Shown here: piece after piece, positions 18,425-27,938 of the stretch
How positions within the stretch are numbered: position 1 is the first letter of the stretch
Layout of the letters: every line of letters starts with the position of its first letter
From: a virus
Virus record (IMG/VR): IMGVR_UViG_3300035158_000293
Coordinates: 59,799 to 123,798 of that record
Length of the DNA: 64,000 nt
Reading direction: 5' to 3' (one strand)
Made by a program: the position numbers and the translations under genes
The notes under the pieces: generated by a model
The model's input: only the letters and a program-made list of their open reading frames with translations
Databases searched by the model: none
Told to the model about the DNA's origin: nothing

Positions 18425-19411
18425 TTATGCAGGAGGACTCCACCTAGCGGCGCTGTAACCTAGCGGCGCTTGGACGCCCATACAGGCACTACCATAACAG
18501 TCCCCTTGCGGGAATGAGGTCCACGTTGGCAGAAAGACGGTATATACTCCTAACACCAACGACGCCTTAAGGCTGTATTGATCATTAACACCGACCAAGA
18601 CACCATCCCCTACGTTATTCTCGTCTCGGTAAATACGCAAGCCAAGGTCCGGGATCACACCCGCGAGACTACACCAACTGTCTGATGTGAGGTCGCCGGG
18701 ACTTTCTGATGGGATGAACCGCTCGCCAAAAGCGTCTTGGATTTGGAGGCAAACCTCTGGACAAGCGAGGGCCCAATGCCCGCACGTATGACGTGTTCGG
18801 ATGCAGAGACTACTTTGCGCACCCTCCAACACAGAGACCATGTCGTTCCCCGTCTCAAAGTCGCGCTTCCCGATACCTCGAAGTGCTTCCTCGAACACGC
18901 ACCGTCCAACTAACTCAACTAGACTGTCGGTGCTCACGGTTTCCAAAGATTTACCCTGTGGCGGTCTTAGATGTGTCTGTCGGGTTGTTATGTTATCGCT
19001 TCCGATTCCCAAATCGACACTCGGTTCGCCCGTCTCGCTTTGATAGGTCCGGTACGTCGCGTAGACTACCGGTGCATACCACGGCCTTACTGTAGGCTGG
19101 ATCGAGAACAGAGCAGCTAGAGGACTTAACATTAAAACACGGGTGGTGACATCAAAAATCTGTTCCGGCGTTAGACCTCCAAACTGTTTATCTGCTTCCT
19201 GCAACTCGATAATGCTTGGACCCCTCTGCTGTAACGTCCTTTTTGTATTCTCAAGAATAAGTGCTACTGCCGAAGGTGAGAGCAAACTTACTTCCTCGTG
19301 CGGCTCCACGAACTCCCGCCAACCCCCTTGTTCCACGCTCATCTGTGCCAGCTTTGCCCCTGTTTCTGAAAGTGGGGTGTACGCGCCAACCGCTTTGCTT
19401 ACCAATTTCAT
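18425..19411 (-). CDS. Divergent T4 gp23/gp24-like capsid protein paralogue (tentative)
   Basis: ALILEN, LQEA, RVLMLSPLAALFSIQPT and WALACPEV resemble gp23-family motifs. AGGAGG RBS. Confidence 0.45.
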   Translation of the reverse strand: MKLVSKAVGAYTPLSETGAKLAQMSVEQGGWREFVEPHEEVSLLSPSAVALILENTKRTLQQRGPSIIELQEADKQFGGLTPEQIFDVTTRVLMLSPLAALFSIQPTVRPWYAPVVYATYRTYQSETGEPSVDLGIGSDNITTRQTHLRPPQGKSLETVSTDSLVELVGRCVFEEALRGIGKRDFETGNDMVSVLEGAQSSLCIRTRHTCGHWALACPEVCLQIQDAFGERFIPSESPGDLTSDSWCSLAGVIPDLGLRIYRDENNVGDGVLVGVNDQYSLKASLVLGVYTVFLPTWTSFPQGDCYGSACMGVQAPLGYSAARWSPPA

Positions 19412-19427
19412 ACTACCTCCTGCTTTT

Positions 19428-19922
19428 TCAGCTTTCGCCTAAACGCTCTTCCCAGCGCTCAAGACATGTGATGATTTCGTTGATCTTCTGGCTGAGGAAG
19501 CCGCTCCCCTGACACTTCTCAGGCACACCCACGCCCTGTGGACGTAGTTCTTCGGAGTCTTGGGCTTCTGACTCGGCACAGGCTTCGTTTTGTTTTTTAA
19601 GCTTTGCGGCGGCCTCCTGTGCCGCTTCTTTCTCCGCGTACTCTTCGCATAGGCCGTGGACCTCATTCATGAGACTTATCCACTCCCCAGCGTCTGCTTC
19701 GGGGCCGTTTTCGATAAAGGGATCAATCTCGAAGTCGAACAAGGCGTTGACTACACCTGTAATCTCTTTGAGAAGAGTGGTACGCCGTTTGAACTCCCTG
19801 AGAATCTTGACCAGTCGCTCGTCCGCGCCGTCGGCAGCGATCTGGCTTGAACACTTTGTGCAAACCCCTCCGCAACATTTGGCCAACTCGCCACAGATCG
19901 AGCACCTCGTTAGCATAGTCAT
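19428..19922 (-). CDS. Hypothetical protein with N-terminal Zn finger
   Basis: CSICG..VCTKC; AGGAG RBS. Confidence 0.55.
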   Translation of the reverse strand: MTMLTRCSICGELAKCCGGVCTKCSSQIAADGADERLVKILREFKRRTTLLKEITGVVNALFDFEIDPFIENGPEADAGEWISLMNEVHGLCEEYAEKEAAQEAAAKLKKQNEACAESEAQDSEELRPQGVGVPEKCQGSGFLSQKINEIITCLERWEERLGES

Positions 19923-19991
19923 CAGAACGCTCCTGCTTGCTTGGCTGTTTCCAACTTTCGGAGGATTTCCTGCACAGCTATTGACACAATG

Positions 19992-20771
19992 TCAATCCTC
20001 AGCCTCTGCCACTTGTAGTCTACGGAGGATTTCGTCTCTCCCCGGCTTGCAAACGTCCTGCAAAGGCGTCACCTCGGCAAAAGACAAAACTGCGCAGGTG
20101 TGACACTTGCGGTCTTCATCATACAAACACGCGGGACAGTCCGGGTTGCACACAACCGGAGTAGGGGCAGTTACAGGTTTGGTGTGTTTGGTTATCTCCA
20201 TCTTCTTCCCGCCGTTGATCTCCACCTTCATGGTGAAACTCACACCAGCATAATCCGCCAAACCTCCTGTAGTCAGTTGCTTTTGTACGGGTGTATGCGG
20301 GGTTTGTTGTGCAGGCCCTCGCGGAGCAGGTGCAGTATGGCGCATACAACGATTATCGAGGTAAACACGTATGTTCGAAGAGTGACACTCGGGGCAAGCC
20401 CGTTTTGCCGCTTCTGTTTCTTCAACCGTTTCCTTCTCCCACCAAACGGTGACTGTTTCACAATCTGCACAGTCCGTTCGAAAAAGCTTTTTGCTCTGCG
20501 GCATCACCATACTCCAATCCACGTCTTCCAACAGCAAGTAGTAAGCACAGTCAGGGTTATGGGGTCCGGCATCGTCGTAATCCCAATCGTAACCGGGCTT
20601 CTTTATTGCACAACTGCCGCAATAGCGCTCCTGCTCACACCAATACGCTGTCTGTTCTGTCACAATGCGCTTACACCCGTCGCCAGCACACTTGTACAAC
20701 CGCTTGTGTTTAGGATCGGTCACTACCCTCGCTGTCTCGTTCTTCTTCCGATCCGGTTTCGGGTTCCCCAT
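19992..20771 (-). CDS. Cys-rich multi-Zn-finger hypothetical protein
   Basis: Several CxxC pairs; GAGGA RBS. Confidence 0.6.
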   Translation of the reverse strand: MGNPKPDRKKNETARVVTDPKHKRLYKCAGDGCKRIVTEQTAYWCEQERYCGSCAIKKPGYDWDYDDAGPHNPDCAYYLLLEDVDWSMVMPQSKKLFRTDCADCETVTVWWEKETVEETEAAKRACPECHSSNIRVYLDNRCMRHTAPAPRGPAQQTPHTPVQKQLTTGGLADYAGVSFTMKVEINGGKKMEITKHTKPVTAPTPVVCNPDCPACLYDEDRKCHTCAVLSFAEVTPLQDVCKPGRDEILRRLQVAEAED

Positions 20772-21240
20772 CAGTCTCGTTCCTCTCTTCCTTAATCACA
20801 AGGGTATCAGTTACGCCCTCTGAAGCCTCTGTTGGGGTTTGTGTGGGCTCTGGCGGTGTTTCTTCCTCGTGCGAAGCCACCGCCTCAACCCTTCGAAACC
20901 GCTTGGCCAGAGCTACCGCATCGTCAATACGGCTGTGAAGCGTGGGGTCCGTAGTCTTTTTCAGTTTCTCTGCGGCGTCTGCGAGTCCTTCATCGGTGGC
21001 AGGAAGCTCGTTTATGACGTTTTCAGTATGCAACGCCATCATAATAACGCCCTTGTGCAGGTCGTTGCGCACGTTGCTCTTGAGTCCTAAGTACGCATCA
21101 AATTGAGGTGAACGCAGGACGCCTATCAACATGGGTAGAGTTTTTGATAACTCATTGAGCATCATGAAAGCCTGTTGACAGATTTGACCGACTTGTTGAT
21201 CGGGTCTTAATTGTTGTGGTTCAGGGTTCTGTGGTTGCAC
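20710..21240 (-). CDS. Hypothetical protein
   Basis: AAGGAGG RBS before GTG. Confidence 0.55.
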   Translation of the reverse strand: MQPQNPEPQQLRPDQQVGQICQQAFMMLNELSKTLPMLIGVLRSPQFDAYLGLKSNVRNDLHKGVIMMALHTENVINELPATDEGLADAAEKLKKTTDPTLHSRIDDAVALAKRFRRVEAVASHEEETPPEPTQTPTEASEGVTDTLVIKEERNETDGEPETGSEEERDSEGSDRS

Positions 21241-21250
21241 TATGTCCTCC

Positions 21251-21889
21251 TTAAAGGTTCTGTAATACAAAAGCTATGTCGCCTTGGACACCTTCAGCCT
21301 CCAAAATCATGCGACTCCACACTTCGTAAGTTTCTGGTTTGGCTCTACACTCCGACCACAAAGCCTCCATAGAGAGCCATTCTGCGGAAAGGGTTTCCGG
21401 TTCCGCAACCGCCACGTTTCCGGGCTCCACTACAACGAGGTGAACCAACCCAAAGTGAACTTGCCCCACAGCATTAGATTCATCATTCAAGGTACCTAAC
21501 AAAACGGGCTCACCCCCAACGTAAGGAGCCGCGAGTGACAACTCTTCCCTCAACTCTCGCTGTATCCCGTAGTGAATAATATCAAACGGTGTCTGTTGCT
21601 CGGACTGATCCCCCGGATTGATGTGCCCTCCGGCACCAATGCTGTGGAAGCCGTGGAGACGCGCCTCACCACCGCCTTTCTTGCGAGTCATCCGCAACAC
21701 CTGCCGTTTAGTATTTGCTACAAGGGTGTACGGTATGATTTGTTTGAACGCAGGGTCATGCTCCGCGTAATCGCGCTCGATAAAGAACATAATACCCAAC
21801 GGGGGATACACGTTACCGCGGGAAAACCCATTAGGAGCACAACCGTGGCCAAAAATGAACTGGCGTTTTGTGACGTAAATAAACTCCAT
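21251..21889 (-). CDS. Nudix-family phosphoesterase (YmaB-like)
   Basis: ERDYAEHDPAFKQIIPY, GGEARLHG..SIGAGGHIN, RELREEL, VGQVHFG. Confidence 0.88.
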   Translation of the reverse strand: MEFIYVTKRQFIFGHGCAPNGFSRGNVYPPLGIMFFIERDYAEHDPAFKQIIPYTLVANTKRQVLRMTRKKGGGEARLHGFHSIGAGGHINPGDQSEQQTPFDIIHYGIQRELREELSLAAPYVGGEPVLLGTLNDESNAVGQVHFGLVHLVVVEPGNVAVAEPETLSAEWLSMEALWSECRAKPETYEVWSRMILEAEGVQGDIAFVLQNL

Positions 21890-21902
21890 CTCAAAACCTC
21901 TG

Positions 21903-22760
21903 TTAGAGGGGTTTATGGACGATTACACCGCGCTCCCGATCTACAACCATATCGCAGAAAACCGAGGGCACAAGAATATGGAACGCTTCGAGAAGATCAA
22001 GCGCCATACTGCGAATTTCCCATTGGGCGTGCTTCTCTCCGCGTAGTTTGAAAATGTGCCGCCACTCCCGCAAGTTTGTGGTGAACGTAATCTCCGAGCA
22101 CGTCGCGTTAGGCAAAACAAAGCGAGCATCCTCGTTTTTCAACCCCATATCCTGCAAACGTATGTACAAGTCCCGCGTTGCATCCATGTGGGCTGTAAAA
22201 AGCTCCAACGCTTCAGGGCGCTCTTTAATTGCTGGGGGTGTAACGTAGCGGAAGCTATCTTCGTTGACGTACCTCTGGCTTTGCTGTGTAATACTCGCCA
22301 ACCGGTGACGCACGAATTGGTGTGTGAACGCACGCGACCCGCCGCGAACGCGCACCGTCGCGGAAGCGTGCTCGAGAACGGATTCATGCCCACGCTTTAT
22401 GACCATGCGAATGAATTTCTCCGCAGAGTCTCTGTACGCGGCTACAATCTCGTAAACACGCCCGTCGTGCGCAAGTTGCTTCCCCAACAGGGCCTCAAGG
22501 TCTGCAATAACCCACGACACCTTAGCGGACACCACACCGCTGTCCACCAATATATCTCTGTGTTCTGAGTTTTCCCACAGTAGTTGGTGTAACAACGGTC
22601 GCTCCACCGACGCTGACTCCTCATTCGATGTTGACGAAATGAAACGGAGCTTGAAGATGGGATGGGAAGTCTGTTTGTCGAATGACAAGTACGCTGTTCG
22701 TCCGCACTCCTCAATGACCTCTTCAGCGTTTGGTGTTAGCGCGATTACTTCAACGTCCAT
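21903..22760 (-). CDS. thyX: Flavin-dependent thymidylate synthase
   Basis: GRTAYLS, GHESVLEH, SRAFTHQFVRHRLASITQQSQRYV, EDARFVLPNA, HAQWEIR. Confidence 0.95.
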   Translation of the reverse strand: MDVEVIALTPNAEEVIEECGRTAYLSFDKQTSHPIFKLRFISSTSNEESASVERPLLHQLLWENSEHRDILVDSGVVSAKVSWVIADLEALLGKQLAHDGRVYEIVAAYRDSAEKFIRMVIKRGHESVLEHASATVRVRGGSRAFTHQFVRHRLASITQQSQRYVNEDSFRYVTPPAIKERPEALELFTAHMDATRDLYIRLQDMGLKNEDARFVLPNATCSEITFTTNLREWRHIFKLRGEKHAQWEIRSMALDLLEAFHILVPSVFCDMVVDRERGVIVHKPL

Positions 22761-22801
22761 TTTGCCCCCTTAAAAACTGCGGTTGCTGTGGTTAAGTACA
22801 C

Positions 22802-22841
22802 AAAAAACCTCCCCTCCGCTACACTCTTAGAGAAGGGGAGG
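22802..22841 (-). terminator. Intrinsic terminator after the HU gene
   Basis: CCTCCCCT..AGGGGAGG followed by TTTTTT on the minus strand. Confidence 0.7.
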
Positions 22842-22852
22842 AATTTGCAAGA

Positions 22853-23128
22853 TCAACCCGCGACGCTGTCCTTGAGTGTTTTGCCCGGTCGGAACTTGGG
22901 CACGGTAGTCGCCGGAATCTGCATGGTCTCACCTGTGTGAGGATTCCGTCCGGCTCGCGCTTTCCGCTCCTGCACCTCGAATGCCCCGAAACCAACAATC
23001 TGCACACGCCTACCTTCAGCCAATGCCTCGGTCACGACATCGACGAAAGCATCGAGCATTCGGCCCGCTTCCACTTTTGTTGTGTCCGCGCGGACAGCAA
23101 TACCTTCAATTAGCTCTCTCTTCTGCAT
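22853..23128 (-). CDS. hup: HU family DNA-binding protein
   Basis: VQIVGFGAFEVQERKARAGRNPHTGETMQIPA..PKFRPGK. Confidence 0.95.
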   Translation of the reverse strand: MQKRELIEGIAVRADTTKVEAGRMLDAFVDVVTEALAEGRRVQIVGFGAFEVQERKARAGRNPHTGETMQIPATTVPKFRPGKTLKDSVAG

Positions 23129-23152
23129 TGTAACCTCCTTGAAAAAAGTATG

Positions 23153-23692
23153 TTACCGCCTGCAACACTTCTTGAATTTTTTTCCACTACCGCAAGGACA
23201 AGGAGCATTCGCCCCGACCTTCTTACGTTTGCGTTGAAAAGTGTCCACGTCCGGGTCAACCCATACCATGTTTCCATCGAGTAGTAGTTGCGCCGCCATG
23301 TACACCAAATTGTGATCCTGCCAATCGTCGGAATCCTCGGAAGTAAAGACGACTTCAGGCTTCCCGTGTAACGTGTAATGCACAGTCAAACGACGGTACA
23401 CCGGAACAAGCAAATGTCGTTGTTGCTTATACACCCGGACCCGCCGCTTGTATTCAGGGGACGAACCCGCCTCGGGGTAGACAGCAAGGTTGTAAACTGG
23501 CGCTTGAACCACACCGGGGATGTGCAGGTACGCAATGCGTTCGAGCCGACCCACCTGAGTGGTTGTAAGGATTTGAGCACCTTCCTTCTTCGCCAACCGC
23601 ATGAGAGGTTTGGCAACGCTCTCATAGATGTCTGCGTCGCTTGTGGTTGTATCAAAGGTTTGCTGGCCCAAGGTCTTATCCGTAAACCTCAT
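23153..23692 (-). CDS. SEC-C motif protein
   Basis: C-terminal KVGANAPCPCGSGKKFKKCC; GGGGAG RBS. Confidence 0.75.
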   Translation of the reverse strand: MRFTDKTLGQQTFDTTTSDADIYESVAKPLMRLAKKEGAQILTTTQVGRLERIAYLHIPGVVQAPVYNLAVYPEAGSSPEYKRRVRVYKQQRHLLVPVYRRLTVHYTLHGKPEVVFTSEDSDDWQDHNLVYMAAQLLLDGNMVWVDPDVDTFQRKRKKVGANAPCPCGSGKKFKKCCRR

Positions 23693-23706
23693 TATGTGTA
23701 TCTCCC

Positions 23707-24270
23707 CTATTGGTGGCCGGTAGCCTTGATCACACTCATAACCCGCTCTACAACCTTCGCAGGAGAGTCGTGTGTCCACCACTCTGCACCCTCATTCCAC
23801 GGCTGTGGGAAGAGGAGCGCGTGACCGTGCGAACGAAAGTTGAAAACATTGGCGGGTTTGTCATCGATCAAAAGAGCCGTTGGGCTTGCGCACAAGTGTT
23901 TTTTGTTGGTTATGATGAAATCACGGAAGTCTCGCCCAAAAACATCCTCTAACCAGAGCTTTTTCCCGACAAGGGAAGTTACGTCCCACGAAGGGGATGT
24001 GAGAAAGGCAAACTCGTAGTCACTCTCAATCAACGTCTCCCATAAAAGACGCGCCCACGGGTATTCAGGAACGTAACGCCAAAAGTCAACTCCCGCGGCA
24101 TCAATGACTTTCCAAAAAGTACTGGAATCCAGCCCGAGCACTTTCTCAGCAGACCACTCCCCCTTCGGCCACGTATCGTAGAGGTCTTCTCGTCCATGCG
24201 CTTTGAGCATCGCCCGTGGGGTGTCCAAAAGGACACCATCAATGTCACAGAACACTTTGGTTATAGGCAT
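23707..24270 (-). CDS. 5'(3')-deoxyribonucleotidase (NT5C, HAD family)
   Basis: VFCDIDGVL, LTSP, GKKLWL, LLIDDKPAN, FPQPWN. Confidence 0.88.
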   Translation of the reverse strand: MPITKVFCDIDGVLLDTPRAMLKAHGREDLYDTWPKGEWSAEKVLGLDSSTFWKVIDAAGVDFWRYVPEYPWARLLWETLIESDYEFAFLTSPSWDVTSLVGKKLWLEDVFGRDFRDFIITNKKHLCASPTALLIDDKPANVFNFRSHGHALLFPQPWNEGAEWWTHDSPAKVVERVMSVIKATGHQ

Positions 24271-24320
24271 TAGCCCCCCTTGATTGTCTACCCAAAGTGT
24301 ACCGCATGAATCAGCCCGTG

Positions 24321-24590
24321 TCAAGCATTTTCTATTTTTTTATCCCGGTCAGAGGAATATCGGAGGTTTTTCATCCCTCCGGGCTTGATTCGCTTGCCCT
24401 TGAACCTGTGAGGCCGCTGTTTTCTTAATCGCTTGCCTGCTTCTGTTTCGTAGTTCTTACCTATTGGAACCTCTCGCGGGTCGTCACAACACCGCAACTC
24501 CACCAACTCGGACAAGGTAAAAAGCGTTCGCGTGGTTACAGGCATAGCTGCATAGCTCGCGTATGTGCATTGCATCTGCTTCACCCCCAC
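24321..24590 (-). CDS. Hypothetical basic protein
   Basis: ORF coupled to the downstream region; start uncertain. Confidence 0.4.
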   Translation of the reverse strand: MGVKQMQCTYASYAAMPVTTRTLFTLSELVELRCCDDPREVPIGKNYETEAGKRLRKQRPHRFKGKRIKPGGMKNLRYSSDRDKKIENA

Positions 24591-24711
24591 CGGGACTCAA
24601 ACCCTCTACAAGAAGTGTACAGCATGATTCACACATGTGCAACCATAAAATCTACTTTTTACAGCATGGCCGGGGTGATATGCAAATAATACATTGACGT
24701 TGTGTCAACAT

Positions 24712-24744
24712 AAAAAGACGCCGTTGGTCGGGCAACCAACGGCG
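24712..24744 (-). terminator. Intrinsic terminator
   Basis: CGCCGTTGGT-TGCCCG-ACCAACGGCG followed by TCTTTTT. Confidence 0.8.
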
Positions 24745-24822
24745 CGGCGGACCTATTTCTACCGTAACGAGCTTGTGGTGCTGTCTCCTGTGAGGAGATG
24801 CAGAGCCAACATATATAATATA

Positions 24823-25476
24823 TCACATCCAACGGGGTTTGTCAAGTGGAGGACTTAGTAAATGGAAGGTTTCGCCGTGAGGTCTATCCCACGCCTTATC
24901 ATAAGTAAAGAAGGCGTAAAGGGTTGAGTCAACTTTACCATCTCCGGTAAAAGATGGTCTTTTTGACACAAACGCCATGTGTCTTGGGAATATCTCCTCT
25001 TCGTGGAACTTACGGCGCGAATCAGACTCCATCCACGCAGCTCGTAACAGCAGTAGCACCACGCCGTCGTCTTTCGTAACAGCAAGGCACTTACGAACGA
25101 AAGGCAAAAGAATTTCGGAAGAGTACGGGGGATTGGTAGCTACAACATCGAACTTGAATTCCGGGGGTGCCCACTTCAAAAAGTCTGTGCAGGTGTCACA
25201 AACGTCGAACAGCCCTTTTGGAGGGGACACCTCTCGAACATCCACACCACGCACTTCGCACGAGGGCCAACGTGTCTTAACCACTTGTGCAAAAGGTGCG
25301 TGATCACCACACCCCGGCTCCAAAAATTTTTCGGGTGCGGTTTGTAGAGGAAAAGCATCGAAGAAGGACTGAACCAACGCCAACGGCGTCTGGTAATTGT
25401 CATTGGCTATGCGTTTGCGCTTGGGTTCTTTCTTAACAGGTTTCTTGACCCGCTTAGGTCTTTTGTGTACGCGCAC
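24823..25476 (-). CDS. DNA N6-adenine methyltransferase
   Basis: DNYQTP, FLEPGCG, DFL, VATNPPY, LLLR, RPSFTGDGKVD..YAFF. Confidence 0.85.
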   Translation of the reverse strand: MRVHKRPKRVKKPVKKEPKRKRIANDNYQTPLALVQSFFDAFPLQTAPEKFLEPGCGDHAPFAQVVKTRWPSCEVRGVDVREVSPPKGLFDVCDTCTDFLKWAPPEFKFDVVATNPPYSSEILLPFVRKCLAVTKDDGVVLLLLRAAWMESDSRRKFHEEEIFPRHMAFVSKRPSFTGDGKVDSTLYAFFTYDKAWDRPHGETFHLLSPPLDKPRWM

Positions 25477-25520
25477 ATCGCCCCCTTTTGTCTTTTGAAC
25501 TCCTACGTCTGTAGGTTTGG

Positions 25521-27461
25521 TTACGCTTGTACTCGTTCGAGTAATTCTACCCGCTCGGTTAATTCCTTGATCGCTTGAATAAGCACGGGGATGAGCTTCT
25601 GTGGCTTCATTCCCCACGTTTCACAATCCTCATCCTTCGGCTTATGAACCACCTCCGGGATGTGTTTGTAGACGTCTTGTGCAATGAGTCCGATCTGCTC
25701 TTTCCTATGTGGTTCATCAACGACCAAATGGTCATCCTCAACGTGCCAATCGTGTATCTTGAACCGCTTGGGCTCCAATGCGCAGATGGTTTCGAGTCCG
25801 TAGTTCAAGGCTCTAATGTCACTCTTAATCCTGCGGTCCGAAGCAACCGCCCACGACAACGTACCCGACCCGTTCGTCGTAAGCTGGTCGCCGTCATCGC
25901 CGTCGGCATCCGGCAAGACCCAAATCTGATCGGCTGTCAAAGCGGGGGCTTCAAACCCAACGTAATTGGAAGAACCCGAATCATAGAAGCGCAACTCCTT
26001 ACGATTCCACAAGGCTGCGTAGTTTTGTGCTACTGTAAAAGCGAGTGCGCCGTTAAAACCAACGGAAAATGTGTCGGCACCCGGAGCCGTGAGTTTCGCG
26101 ACGTTACTAGTACCACTCCCAAACACAAACGTATTGTCATTAGCCCCTGTGTCAACATACTGCCCTATGGCACAGGACACCTCTCCAGCAGCAATCGCGT
26201 AGTGGCCGAAGGCCAGAGCCCGATCACTTGTCGCATCCGAATAATAACCATAGGCAAATGACTGGTTCGCTGTTGAATCACACGCATTGCCTCCCGCAAA
26301 CGATCCGCTGCCTGTTGCGGTACAACTCCTTCCGAAACCAACGGAGTACGCACCTATTGACCCCAAGGCGGATGCAGGACACCACATAGCCCGAAAAGCT
26401 CCGTAATCCGTAGTGTCATTGTAAAACCGCAGGTATAAGTCATTCGTGGTGTCCTCGGCTTCGAAGCCTGAAGAGCCATCAGACATCTGGATTGCATACT
26501 GTGAACCAGTAGAGGAACCGCCCCCAGCGTCTTCCCATGAAAGAGTACCATCGCCTGCGGTTGTTAGAACCTGCCCATTTGACCCGTCAGAGTCGGGCAA
26601 GACCCAAATCTGATCGGCTGTCAAAGCAGGGGCTTCAAACCCAACGTAGTTGGAATTATCGGAGTCGTACCAACGGAATTCATTGGCGTTCCAGAGACAA
26701 GCGTACCCCTCTGCAACAGTAAAGTCCGGCTTGTCAACATTACCTTTGTTGAAACCAACGGAAAATGTCGAAGCCGCCGGTGCCTTGCACCGCTGCGTAC
26801 TGGAAACGCCCTGCCCGAGGATAAGCGCGTTGTTATAGGCGGAGGTCACATACTGCCCGATCCCGCAGGAATAGTCACCGGAAACAGTATTGTGCCGTCC
26901 AAACGCCGCCGAGTACTCACCGCTAACGCTGAGCGAGCTACCTGCGCCAAACGCGCTCTCACCGCTGACTGTGCTGTGCGAGCCAAGGCAAACTGCCCGT
27001 GCCTCACTCGCGGTACAGTTATATCCTCCTGCAAACGAATTAGCGCCAGTAGCATCTGTGCTCTCACCACACGCAAACGCCGATAACCCTGTGGCATTCG
27101 TGCGAGTACCACAAGCGAACGAGGCCCATCCCGAGGCTTCCGTATCGTGGCCGGTGGCAAAAGATCGATGTCCGATAGTCCCTAAACCATTAGGGAAGTA
27201 CCCTACACGGAAAGCGCCGTCGTTTGTTGTGTTGTTGTAGCAACGGAAGTAAATATCGTTCGCAGTATCTTCGGAGTCGAGACCTCCCGATCCGTCCGAT
27301 ATTGGAACAGCGTATTGAGAGCCGCTACCAACCACGTCCAATCGTCTCCACACAGCCCCGTCATAACCCCGGAAATTGGTACCGTCAAACTTTACCAACC
27401 CCGCGTAAGCGGCTGAAGTGTTTGCGTATGCGATAACACCTTTGCGTCGTCTGAAAGCCAT
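25521..27461 (-). CDS. Tail fibre/adhesin with YadA-head-like repeats and C-terminal peptidase S74 chaperone
   Basis: 14-aa S(F/V)AxG repeats; SDRRIKSDI..IGLIAQDV..LIQAIKEL coiled coil. Confidence 0.85.
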   Translation of the reverse strand: MAFRRRKGVIAYANTSAAYAGLVKFDGTNFRGYDGAVWRRLDVVGSGSQYAVPISDGSGGLDSEDTANDIYFRCYNNTTNDGAFRVGYFPNGLGTIGHRSFATGHDTEASGWASFACGTRTNATGLSAFACGESTDATGANSFAGGYNCTASEARAVCLGSHSTVSGESAFGAGSSLSVSGEYSAAFGRHNTVSGDYSCGIGQYVTSAYNNALILGQGVSSTQRCKAPAASTFSVGFNKGNVDKPDFTVAEGYACLWNANEFRWYDSDNSNYVGFEAPALTADQIWVLPDSDGSNGQVLTTAGDGTLSWEDAGGGSSTGSQYAIQMSDGSSGFEAEDTTNDLYLRFYNDTTDYGAFRAMWCPASALGSIGAYSVGFGRSCTATGSGSFAGGNACDSTANQSFAYGYYSDATSDRALAFGHYAIAAGEVSCAIGQYVDTGANDNTFVFGSGTSNVAKLTAPGADTFSVGFNGALAFTVAQNYAALWNRKELRFYDSGSSNYVGFEAPALTADQIWVLPDADGDDGDQLTTNGSGTLSWAVASDRRIKSDIRALNYGLETICALEPKRFKIHDWHVEDDHLVVDEPHRKEQIGLIAQDVYKHIPEVVHKPKDEDCETWGMKPQKLIPVLIQAIKELTERVELLERVQA

Positions 27462-27501
27462 GCCATCTCCGCACGAAACAAGGGAAATTCACACAGCTAT
27501 T

Positions 27502-27930
27502 CTAGCCCTCGCTCGCCGCAATGTCAACATCTGTTGGAGGATGTGCTTGTACTGGTGCGGTAATCGCTACGAAAGTCTTGTAAGGGTTCTTGAAGCCCAA
27601 CCGCCGAAAAAGAAACGCCAACGGTGTTTTCCAAAACATGAAGGAAATAAAGCGCGTAAGCCAACCGAAGGTGTTTATCAGAAAATCGACATCCACCAAC
27701 CGTTCCCCGGAAGGCACTTGTGCCTGTACTTGCGCATAGACACGAGTGAACACAAGCTCGGAAACTACGCGGTTTCTTACTGCTTTCAACCGATTCGTTG
27801 CAGAAGCGTCGCTGGACGCCGCGATTTTCTGTTCGAGAGCATCTCGCGCTTCAGCCAACGGGTAGTCTGCAAACTCTTGCGCTTCCTCGGGCAACCCTTC
27901 CAATTCCCCCAAGGTTTCGTAAACTCTCAC
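27502..27930 (-). CDS. Hypothetical protein
   Basis: AGGAGG RBS before GTG. Confidence 0.55.
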   Translation of the reverse strand: MRVYETLGELEGLPEEAQEFADYPLAEARDALEQKIAASSDASATNRLKAVRNRVVSELVFTRVYAQVQAQVPSGERLVDVDFLINTFGWLTRFISFMFWKTPLAFLFRRLGFKNPYKTFVAITAPVQAHPPTDVDIAASEG

Positions 27931-27938
27931 ACGGCCTC

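Noticed and set aside
24632-24640. CACATGTGC matching the CRISPR repeat core as a solitary repeat
   Set aside because: It is only 9 bp with no GGATTGAAA handle, which is compatible with chance.
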